Source: Simkaniaceae bacterium (GTDB lineage Bacteria; Chlamydiota; Chlamydiia; Chlamydiales; JACRBE01). Taken from it: 64,000 bases of DNA. Positions 10,277-18,134 of the stretch are shown piece after piece. Below the pieces are notes generated by a model, which was not told the origin of the DNA, did no database searches, and saw nothing but the letters and a program-made list of their open reading frames with translations. Location of the stretch: positions 5,975 through 69,974 of the forward strand of contig JAIPIG010000002.1 of NCBI GenBank assembly GCA_021734805.1, given 5' to 3'. A program made the position numbers and the translations under genes. Within the stretch, counting starts at the first letter, position 1. Each line of letters starts with the position of its first letter.

Positions 10277-11171
10277 GTTTTTGCTCAATTTGAGAGATGA
10301 GAAAATGGAGGAGGGGGATTTCAATCGAGATCTCTTTGGATTTTTCATCCAGTTGTTTAAGAGAAGTTGAGATGATGTCTATTGTTTTTTGAATACCAAA
10401 GAGATGGGGCGCTGTGATCTTATCTGAATCGCTCTCATAATCTTCTAGGTCATCGATAAACTGAAAAATCAGCCCAAATTGTTCTCCAAATTCTTTAAGT
10501 AATTTTTGATCTCTTTGAGAAACATGGGCAATGATGGCTCCAAATTCAAATGCAGCCGTGAATAAATCCGCTGTTTTTCGCTTATACATATAAATAAGAG
10601 AGTCATGGGTATGCTCAATGTGCTGATTGAGATCGATCACTTGTCCCGCAATCACTCCGTCACCTCCGGTTTTGCGCGTGAGAGACTGAATGAGTAGGAT
10701 TTTATCAGAATCGCTAAGATGGGGGGCATGCGCTAAAATATCGAAAGCGAGTGTGAGTAAAAAATCACCCGTCAAAACGGAATGCCCTTCAGGGTAAATA
10801 TGATGGAGGGCGGGTTTACCTCGACGCATTAACTCATTGTCCATGCAAGGAAGGTCATCGTGAATGAGTGTATAAGTGTGGAGGATCTCAATAGAGCAGG
10901 CAGGGTCAATGACATGTTCAAAAGGAATATGATAACACTCTGCAATCGCAAGCACAATAAGTGGTCTTAACCGTTTTGCTTTTGATAAGACGCTGTAGCG
11001 CGCAGCTTCAATCAGCGATTGATGGAGGGGGTGGTGGGATTGAAGAAGGCGATCTAGGGCCTCTTCAATGGATTGAAGTCTCTCTTCAACATAGGCATGG
11101 ATCGTTTTAGTCAAATGAATGGAAGTGTCGCGATCAAATACCCGGTTTTTCGGCTCATTTTGGTCTATCAT
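10218..11171 (-). CDS. Polyprenyl diphosphate synthase (FPP/GGPP synthase family)
   Basis: 317 aa with both aspartate-rich motifs: LIHDDLPCMDNELMRRGKP and FQFIDDLEDY. The 3' end overlaps the convergent cyclase gene by 59 nt. Confidence 0.85.
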   Translation of the reverse strand: MIDQNEPKNRVFDRDTSIHLTKTIHAYVEERLQSIEEALDRLLQSHHPLHQSLIEAARYSVLSKAKRLRPLIVLAIAECYHIPFEHVIDPACSIEILHTYTLIHDDLPCMDNELMRRGKPALHHIYPEGHSVLTGDFLLTLAFDILAHAPHLSDSDKILLIQSLTRKTGGDGVIAGQVIDLNQHIEHTHDSLIYMYKRKTADLFTAAFEFGAIIAHVSQRDQKLLKEFGEQFGLIFQFIDDLEDYESDSDKITAPHLFGIQKTIDIISTSLKQLDEKSKEISIEIPLLHFLISQIEQKLNALTSPERQQWAEKNPSM

Positions 11172-12496
11172 GAGAATTTGGGTACTCCTATTCCATAATA
11201 AGTGAATCCGAGCTGACCTAATTGGTGAGGCTTATATTGATTGCGGCCATCAAAAAAGACTTTAGAGCGCATATTGCTCGCAATTTTTTTCAAATCGACA
11301 AAGCGAAATTGTTTCCATTCAGTGACAAGGGCAATCGCATCGGCATTATCTGCCGCATCATACTCCGATTTGGCATAAATAATTTTTTCTGAAGGAGGGA
11401 AATGTTTTTTTACATGATCCATTGAGATAGGATCATACACCTTGATCGTCGCATTTTTTTGAAGCAGATCATCGATCAATTGAAGCGCCGGTGCGTGGCG
11501 AATATCATCCGTATCGGGTTTGAATGAAAGGCCCCAGATGGCAATTTGACAATCGGATAAATCGCCGAAGTGATTGGAGATTTTTTGTGAGAGGCGCCTT
11601 TTTTGCTGGTCATTGACGAGCTCAATGGCATCGAGCATGGGCGTTTCAATATCCATTTCTTCTGCAATTTTTTTGAGTGCTTTAATGTCTTTGGGGAAGC
11701 AAGATCCGCCATAGCCAACGCCTGCATATAAAAAATGGTAACCTATCCGTTTATCCGATCCGATTCCAATGCGCACATCGTGGATATTGGCATTGGCTTG
11801 GTCACAAACGCGCGAAAGCTCATTCATGAGTGAAATGCGTGAAGCGAGCATTACATTAGCCGCATATTTTGTCAGTTCAGCTGAGACGCATGACATGATA
11901 AGAATGCGATTGTGATTCAATGAAAAAGCTGAATAAAGCTCTTTCATTATATCGGTAGCATATTGAGAGTCACTACCAATAATGATCCGATCGGGTTTCA
12001 TACTGTCTTGGATGGCGCACCCTTCCTTTAAAAACTCGGGATTTGAAACGACATCAAAGGGGTAGGATAGCTGACGATGTTGTAGTTCTTCTTGAATAAT
12101 AGAGCGAATGAGATCTGTTGTATGAAGAGGGGATGTCGATTTATTGGCGATAACCAAGGGGCCGGACATCAACTTTCCAATGCTTTGAGCTGCGCTTTTC
12201 ACATGAGATAGATCACAGCCCCCATCCGGGTTAGATCCTGTAGGAACGGCAATAAAGCAAACGTCGATATTTTTGAGTCCCTCTTCATATGAAGTGGTAA
12301 AAGAGAGGCGATGGGCATTTTGATTTTTAGTGACAAGCTCTTCAAGTCCCGGCTCGTAAATAGGCGTTTTGCCCTGCTTTAGCAGCTCGATTTTGGCGTC
12401 ATCGATATCAAGACAAGTCACGTGGTGGCCCATTTCAGCAAAACAGGTTCCGGTGACCAAGCCAACATAACCTGTTCCGATAATCAATAGATTCAT
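11168..12496 (-). CDS. ugd: UDP-glucose 6-dehydrogenase
   Basis: 442 aa. Rossmann N-terminus MNLLIIGTGYVGLVTG and catalytic Cys motif GGSCFPKD. 4-nt overlap with the downstream polyprenyl synthase gene. Confidence 0.92.
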   Translation of the reverse strand: MNLLIIGTGYVGLVTGTCFAEMGHHVTCLDIDDAKIELLKQGKTPIYEPGLEELVTKNQNAHRLSFTTSYEEGLKNIDVCFIAVPTGSNPDGGCDLSHVKSAAQSIGKLMSGPLVIANKSTSPLHTTDLIRSIIQEELQHRQLSYPFDVVSNPEFLKEGCAIQDSMKPDRIIIGSDSQYATDIMKELYSAFSLNHNRILIMSCVSAELTKYAANVMLASRISLMNELSRVCDQANANIHDVRIGIGSDKRIGYHFLYAGVGYGGSCFPKDIKALKKIAEEMDIETPMLDAIELVNDQQKRRLSQKISNHFGDLSDCQIAIWGLSFKPDTDDIRHAPALQLIDDLLQKNATIKVYDPISMDHVKKHFPPSEKIIYAKSEYDAADNADAIALVTEWKQFRFVDLKKIASNMRSKVFFDGRNQYKPHQLGQLGFTYYGIGVPKFS

Positions 12497-12523
12497 ACTC
12501 GCTCCTTGTGTCGGTGTATTCTA

Positions 12524-13201
12524 TCAAACAACTCGTATTTGTTTGTTGATTAGATGATAGCGTCGGTCACATAGATTAGCAAAACTCAAGTCATGTGTCA
12601 CGACAATCAGAGATTTATTGTATTTTTTACAGCATGAGATGAGGATATTTTGAATCATTTGTTTGTGAAGGGAATCGAGGTTCCCTGTAGGTTCATCGGC
12701 TAAAATCAGAGAAGGGTCGTTGCAAAGCGCTCGCGCAATGGCAACGCGCTGCTTTTCTCCTCCCGATAGGAGTTTTGTCGGGTAATGGATGCGATCGAGG
12801 AGATTGACATCGGCAATTAAGTCCAATGCTCTTTCATAAGAAGGGCTCGTGCGATGAGTAGGTTGTCGTGCAATTTTTGCGGGGAGCAAGACATTGTCGA
12901 GGACGCTCTCTTCTTCGAGAAGATAAAACCCCTGAAAAACAAAGCCAATAAAGTGTTGTCTGAGCTGATTTGGATTTAACTCACTTATCGATTTTTCTTT
13001 AAAGTAGATATCACCACTTGAAGGGGGTTCAAGAAGTCCCATGATATGCATTAGGGTACTTTTACCCACTCCGGATTCTCCGATAATGGCGATGGTTTCC
13101 CCCTCAAAAACACTGAGGTCAATGTTCTCAATGAGGAGTTGTTTTTCCGGGCGGTAGAAACATTTAGAAACTTTTTTGAGCTCAATAACCAAAGAGTTCA
13201 T
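12524..13201 (-). CDS. lolD: Lipoprotein-release-type ABC ATP-binding protein (LolD-like)
   Basis: Walker [10 protein letters not shown], signature [15 protein letters not shown], Walker [13 protein letters not shown]. Coupled by a 4-nt overlap to the upstream LolC/E-like permease. Confidence 0.82.
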   Translation of the reverse strand: MNSLVIELKKVSKCFYRPEKQLLIENIDLSVFEGETIAIIGESGVGKSTLMHIMGLLEPPSSGDIYFKEKSISELNPNQLRQHFIGFVFQGFYLLEEESVLDNVLLPAKIARQPTHRTSPSYERALDLIADVNLLDRIHYPTKLLSGGEKQRVAIARALCNDPSLILADEPTGNLDSLHKQMIQNILISCCKKYNKSLIVVTHDLSFANLCDRRYHLINKQIRVV

Positions 13202-15255
13202 GACTCGCTCCTCAAAATATGGGTCGGGCTGATTCGAGAGGCCTTTAAGGCCGGTAAAAAGCCGGCAAGGAGAGAGACGATTGGAGTGGCAACTGCCATA
13301 ATGATAAAGGCGCGCATGCTCAATGTATTAGGGAGGTTCTGTCCATAAATTTCGGGATTAAAAGCGTTTTGTCCTTGCAAGAAGCTAAGGAAGTGGACAA
13401 GGGAGTCGATATTTTGAAGCGTCAAAGCAGCAGCGCCGGCTCCAATGATAAAGCTTAAAATACCGAGGGTTAGCCCGCAGAGTGAAAAAATAAAAATAAT
13501 ACTGCGATTTGAAGTCCCCATGGCTTTCAAAATTCCAATTTCCTTTTTCTTATCATTAACGAGGAGAAGTAGGGCTGAAATGATATTGCAACCGGCAACG
13601 GCTAAAATAATGATACCGACTAAGGTAAAGATGTAGCGATCGCTTTGAAGTTGCTGAATGAGATCTTTTGCAAATTCAAATTCATAATAGGGGATAATAT
13701 TAAAATAGGGGGCGATTTTGTAGCTATCGAGCATGTTCTGAAGAGCCGTCACAATTTGGGGTGTCTTTTTAAGATCCGGGAACCAAATGTTAATGCCATT
13801 TGACATCATGGGGTCAAGAGAATGAGAGGTGTTAGATGCGGCAATGGCTTCTACGGTAGATCTTTGTGCTAAAATATAACGCGCTCCAATTCCCATCACG
13901 CCCGGGTCATAGAAACCGGCGACAAAAATGGGGGCATTCATTTCTTGTGAAGTCGTTCCGGTGAAAGCAGCATAGGATAGCGATCCTTTATCGCCGATGC
14001 TAACCCCTGAATTTTTGAAGTTTTTGGGGACAAGCACGCCTGTTGCATCCATCCAAGCTTTTTTTGGAATGTGGACTTTATCTTGAACTTGATAGGGCCA
14101 AATCGGTTCGATAAAAGGAGGGGTATCAAAGGCATGTTTGATATCAGCTTTGGTGATTTCAAGGTCAGCTAGAGATAAGGTTGCATTGATCGATGTATTT
14201 TGAAGGAAAGCCGTTGCTTCAACAAAGATTTCAGATAAATCATGGGCGGATAAGAAAGTGGTCTTTAAAAGAGTAGATTGAAAACGGGTCGATACATCCA
14301 TAACGAGAGGAGTGCGGGAGGGAAGGGGGTGTTTTTTGCCATCGATTTCGAGAACTAAATGGTCATCATTTCGATAGAGGCTGGCGGCGAAATATCCGGG
14401 CCTTTCTTCAGACATTTCCTCGGGGAGGATGACATGGCGGATTGCATCCGTTTGCTTTGTATGAACCCATACGTCAAAAACATGAGAAGGGGGCAGGGCG
14501 TGATGGGGGAGGCTAAAGCGTCGGCTTGCGGGTCGCGTTTCTTGGAGATCGAGATGAGAGAAAATTCTTTGGAAGATAGAGTTATCTTGGCTCCCTTTCC
14601 ACTTCACTAGAAAGAGTAGGTGGTTAATATCAGATTCAGTTGGAGGTAGTAATAAAGAACTGAGCTGAGGTTGGTCTTGATCCAATGTGCTCAGGTAAGT
14701 TGCTTGAGAGATATAACTCTCATCATACCCTTGAAAGGAAGGGCGAATGAGATTGAGTTTAAGCATTGCAGCCGTGACTTGATAATCTGAAGCGCGGATC
14801 CCTTTAAAGGGAAGTTCATTAATTGATTGATACGTCGTTTTAATCAGATCAACCATTTGATGATGGGAGTTTTTTAAAGATTCAGGCCAATAGGAAGGGA
14901 TTTCTTCATCGAATTCCGGATTGTAAGGGTCGGTTTGGCTTGCTTGGAGCTTTTCATAAATCGTCTTCAAGGAATAATTTGACTCACTACTGATGCTATC
15001 GCTCAAATAGTAGTACGAATTGTAATACTCATTGGTTGGCACAATGCGAACGGGGGCATTGATCGTTGTGAGTTTTTTAAGCCAATTTTTCTCAAGTCCT
15101 TCCGTCACGGAGAGGAAGAGAAGTAAAAGCCAGATGACAAGGGAAATGACAAGGCATGATAAACAAGCGATTAAAGATGCCGAAAGGCGATTTTTTTTTG
15201 GGACGAGATATTTTCGCGCAAAATGAAATTCAAACATTTCAAAAGTCCCTTGCAA
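13198..15255 (-). CDS. LolC/E-family (FtsX-type) permease with an unusually large periplasmic domain
   Basis: 685 aa. LolC/E-like N-terminus (FHFARKYL), TM1 near residues 27-50, then ~490 aa of soluble domain. C-terminal FtsX bundle: KKKEIGILKAMGTSNRSI followed by 3 TM. Confidence 0.75.
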   Translation of the reverse strand: MQGTFEMFEFHFARKYLVPKKNRLSASLIACLSCLVISLVIWLLLLFLSVTEGLEKNWLKKLTTINAPVRIVPTNEYYNSYYYLSDSISSESNYSLKTIYEKLQASQTDPYNPEFDEEIPSYWPESLKNSHHQMVDLIKTTYQSINELPFKGIRASDYQVTAAMLKLNLIRPSFQGYDESYISQATYLSTLDQDQPQLSSLLLPPTESDINHLLFLVKWKGSQDNSIFQRIFSHLDLQETRPASRRFSLPHHALPPSHVFDVWVHTKQTDAIRHVILPEEMSEERPGYFAASLYRNDDHLVLEIDGKKHPLPSRTPLVMDVSTRFQSTLLKTTFLSAHDLSEIFVEATAFLQNTSINATLSLADLEITKADIKHAFDTPPFIEPIWPYQVQDKVHIPKKAWMDATGVLVPKNFKNSGVSIGDKGSLSYAAFTGTTSQEMNAPIFVAGFYDPGVMGIGARYILAQRSTVEAIAASNTSHSLDPMMSNGINIWFPDLKKTPQIVTALQNMLDSYKIAPYFNIIPYYEFEFAKDLIQQLQSDRYIFTLVGIIILAVAGCNIISALLLLVNDKKKEIGILKAMGTSNRSIIFIFSLCGLTLGILSFIIGAGAAALTLQNIDSLVHFLSFLQGQNAFNPEIYGQNLPNTLSMRAFIIMAVATPIVSLLAGFLPALKASRISPTHILRSES

Positions 15256-15273
15256 TGAACTGATAAAAGAGCG

Positions 15274-15300
15274 AAGTCATTCCTAAAGTAGGAATGACTT
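15274..15300 (-). terminator. Hairpin just downstream of rpmG (weak intrinsic terminator or attenuator)
   Basis: Perfect 10-bp stem AAGTCATTCC (15274..15283) / GGAATGACTT (15291..15300) with a 7-nt loop. On the minus strand it is followed by CGCTCTTTTATCA, which has only a short T run. Confidence 0.4.
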
Positions 15301-15304
15301 ATCG

Positions 15305-15466
15305 CTACTTAGCTTCTTTAAAAACAACGCGTTTTCTTAATGACTTGTCAAACTTCTTAAGCTCAAGTCTTTCAGTTGTTGTTTTTTTGTTTTTTGTTGT
15401 CCAGTAGCACTCAGCACTTTCTGTACTTTTTAACTTAATAATTTCTCTAGCGCCTTTTTTAGCCAT
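15305..15466 (-). CDS. rpmG: 50S ribosomal protein L33
   Basis: Too short for the ORF track. My translation is MAKKGAREIIKLKSTESAECYWTTKNKKTTTERLELKKFDKSLRKRVVFKEAK (53 aa), typical of L33. GGAG lies about 7 nt upstream of the ATG. Confidence 0.9.
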   Translation of the reverse strand: MAKKGAREIIKLKSTESAECYWTTKNKKTTTERLELKKFDKSLRKRVVFKEAK

Positions 15467-15555
15467 ATGAGCTCCACTCAAAAAAAATAATTATCTTTTT
15501 CTAGATTAGAAATAATAGACGAAATCATCTCAAAAAAAACGATATAAATCAACCG

Positions 15556-16587
15556 TTAATCAAATAAAACGCTTCCGCTAGGGGATGCGACTGCTGCATA
15601 GCTATCAGATTGGAAGTTTTTAGTGAAAATATGATATCCGAGCCCGGCGATCATCGCCCCATTATCAATGGATAAATTTTTAGGGGGGAAGTGGATAGAA
15701 AGGGTAGGAGGGGCATGAAGAGTAAACAATTCTTTTAATTTCGAGCTGTTACTGACACCCCCTCCTAAAAAAATTTGGGAGGCGCCACTCAAAGTCGCTG
15801 CTTTGAGCGCTTTCTTCACAATATCAGAAAGGGCAGTTATTTGGAAACTCGCTGCGATATGTTTTTTTTCATTGGGATCGATTTGACTCTCGCCTTTCTT
15901 ATTGCCATTCATCCCTTTGATCGCGTAAAGAACTTGTGTTTTGAGGCCGCTAAATGAAAAGCTGAGGGGGTCTTTTTTGACAATTCCCGCTTTAAAGGGA
16001 TATTTTGTCGGATCTCCTTCTTTAGCGAGCTTTTCAATTTCAGGGCCTCCGGGATAGGGGAGATCGAGAAGAGAAGCTACCTTATCAAAACTCTCTCCAA
16101 TCGCATCATCTACAGTTGAGCTAATGAGCTGATAGTTGCGGAATGAATCAATGCGAAGCATGAAAGTATGCCCTCCTGAAATCACAACGCCTAAGGCAGG
16201 GAAAAGGATCGTCTCCTTTAATAGCATCATTGAGGCATATAGATGAGCTTCGAGGTGATTGACCGTGACATAGGGAATAGACCAGGCAAAAGAGAGTGCC
16301 TTTGCCGTATTGAGCCCGATAAGGAGGGGCCCCATCAGCCCCGGACGGTTAGCGACGGCGATCAAATCGATGGATGAGGGCAAGACGTTTGCTTCTTTTA
16401 AGGCTTGCTCGATCGTTGGAATCATCAAATCGACATGGTTGCGGCTGGCGTATTCGGGAAAAACCCCTCTATAGGTGCGGTGAAAATCGGCTTGAGAGGA
16501 GATGACATTAGAAAGAATCTTTTGACCATCTTCTACAATAGAAACAGCCGTTTCATCACATGTTGTTTCAATTCCTAGGACTAACAT
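15556..16587 (-). CDS. tsaD: tRNA N6-adenosine threonylcarbamoyltransferase
   Basis: Motifs GIETTCDETAVSIV, NHLEAHLY and GGGVSNS. I place the start at the internal Met (MLVLGIETT, ATG 16587..16585) because the longer ORF would overlap slyD by 65 nt. Confidence 0.9.
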   Translation of the reverse strand: MLVLGIETTCDETAVSIVEDGQKILSNVISSQADFHRTYRGVFPEYASRNHVDLMIPTIEQALKEANVLPSSIDLIAVANRPGLMGPLLIGLNTAKALSFAWSIPYVTVNHLEAHLYASMMLLKETILFPALGVVISGGHTFMLRIDSFRNYQLISSTVDDAIGESFDKVASLLDLPYPGGPEIEKLAKEGDPTKYPFKAGIVKKDPLSFSFSGLKTQVLYAIKGMNGNKKGESQIDPNEKKHIAASFQITALSDIVKKALKAATLSGASQIFLGGGVSNSSKLKELFTLHAPPTLSIHFPPKNLSIDNGAMIAGLGYHIFTKNFQSDSYAAVASPSGSVLFD

Positions 16588-16588
16588 A

Positions 16589-16996
16589 TTATATGCTGGA
16601 TAGTTTAGTAATTTTAAATTGAAGACTTTGGCCGGCAAGAGGATGATTGGCATCGATTACAACTTCACTATCATTGACATCGACAATCGTGACGATCACC
16701 GGATCATTTTCCTCACCGATTTGCAAGTGCATGCCTTTTTGAAGATTTAAGTGGACGGGGATTCGATCGCGAGCAATGATTTGTACCAAATCATTATCTC
16801 GGTTGCCATAAGCTTCTTCACAATTGACTTGTACCGTGCGCGTTTCACCCACCTTCATTTCACTCACAACCCGCTCAAAACCCGGAATGACTGCTTCTTC
16901 TCCCAAAGTAAATTCAAAAGAATTATTTTGATCGATTAATTGTCCATCAAGTAATCTTGCTTCGTATTCCACACGCACCGTTTCACTCATAGTCAT
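16589..16996 (-). CDS. slyD: FKBP-type peptidyl-prolyl cis-trans isomerase (SlyD-like)
   Basis: 135 aa. FKBP core VRVEYEARLLDGQLIDQ...FEFTLGEEAVIPGFERVVSEMKVGE, plus an insert-in-flap-like segment and HPLAGQSLQFKI. Confidence 0.85.
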   Translation of the reverse strand: MTMSETVRVEYEARLLDGQLIDQNNSFEFTLGEEAVIPGFERVVSEMKVGETRTVQVNCEEAYGNRDNDLVQIIARDRIPVHLNLQKGMHLQIGEENDPVIVTIVDVNDSEVVIDANHPLAGQSLQFKITKLSSI

Positions 16997-17096
16997 TCCT
17001 TTTTTTTATTGACTGCTTCACTTAATAGTACCACAATGTGGCCGGAGTCTCAATAATTATTAAAAAATCCCTTCTGTTCACAAATGAGATATACGC

Positions 17097-18134
17097 ATGT
17101 CATCTAAGCTTAAAATCGGTCTTCTTTTTGGCGGTAAGAGCCCTGAACACGAGATTTCAATTCGATCGGCACGCTCTGTCACTCAAGTCATCAACCGCAG
17201 TCACTATGATATTTTCCTTTTTTATATAGATCGCAGCGGGGAGTGGTTTCTTATTGATGACATAGAATATTTAGAGCAAAAGAGACCAATCACTGAGATC
17301 CTGCTCTCGCAACTCAAAAAATTAGATATCGCTTTTCCTATTTTGCATGGACCTTTTGGGGAAGATGGTACAGTGCAGGGCTTATTGAGAATAGCAGATA
17401 TTCCGTTTGTCGGATCGGATGTGTTATCCACGGCATTGTGTATGGATAAAGATATGATGAAAAGACTGCTTGAACATGCAAAAATCGCTTGCGTTCCCTA
17501 TCTTGTCTACTACAAAAATGATTGCCTTGATCAAGAGGAGATAGCCAAAAAGATCGGTTTCCCCTGTTTTATCAAACCGGCTAATATGGGCTCATCAATT
17601 GGCATCACCCGTGTTGATCGAGAAGAAGAGCTTCCCGGTGCCGTTTTAGATGCTTTTCAATACGATGTGAAAATTTTAGTTGAGAAATATATTGAGGGCG
17701 ATGAAATTGAGTGCGCGGTTCTGGGCAATGATAATGTTATTGCTTCGCTTCCCGCAAGGCTTACTCCAACCCATACCTTTTATGACTATGAAGCCAAGTA
17801 TTTAGATCCTAATGGGGCTATTTTTGAAGTTCCCGTTCCTTATTCTCCTCAATTGATAAAAGAAATTCAGCAATTGGCGATGAGAGCGTATCGCACGCTC
17901 GAATGCCGTGGAATGGCTCGAGTTGATATGTTTGTATCGTTAGATCAACAGATTTATATTAATGAGCTCAACACGCTTCCCGGATTTACCTCGATCAGTC
18001 TCTATCCTCAAATGTGGGAGGTAAGCGGTCTGAGCTATGAAAGGCTAATTGAAGAGCTTTTATGTTTGGCCATCGATGCCCATAAACAACGGGCAGGGCT
18101 TGGGTTAAGTCTATTAAAAACCGAGCAGTTTTAG
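17097..18134 (+). CDS. ddl: D-alanine--D-alanine ligase
   Basis: 345 aa. Motifs KIGLLFGGKSPEHEISIRSA, FIKPANMGSSIGI and ARVDMF...YINELNTLPGFT. A stand-alone gene, not fused to murC. Confidence 0.92.
   Translation: MSSKLKIGLLFGGKSPEHEISIRSARSVTQVINRSHYDIFLFYIDRSGEWFLIDDIEYLEQKRPITEILLSQLKKLDIAFPILHGPFGEDGTVQGLLRIADIPFVGSDVLSTALCMDKDMMKRLLEHAKIACVPYLVYYKNDCLDQEEIAKKIGFPCFIKPANMGSSIGITRVDREEELPGAVLDAFQYDVKILVEKYIEGDEIECAVLGNDNVIASLPARLTPTHTFYDYEAKYLDPNGAIFEVPVPYSPQLIKEIQQLAMRAYRTLECRGMARVDMFVSLDQQIYINELNTLPGFTSISLYPQMWEVSGLSYERLIEELLCLAIDAHKQRAGLGLSLLKTEQF

Noticed and set aside
16588-16653. 22-codon N-terminal extension of tsaD
   Set aside because: It overlaps the 3' end of slyD by 65 nt. The conserved TsaD N-terminus (MLVLGIETTCDET) starts at the internal ATG.
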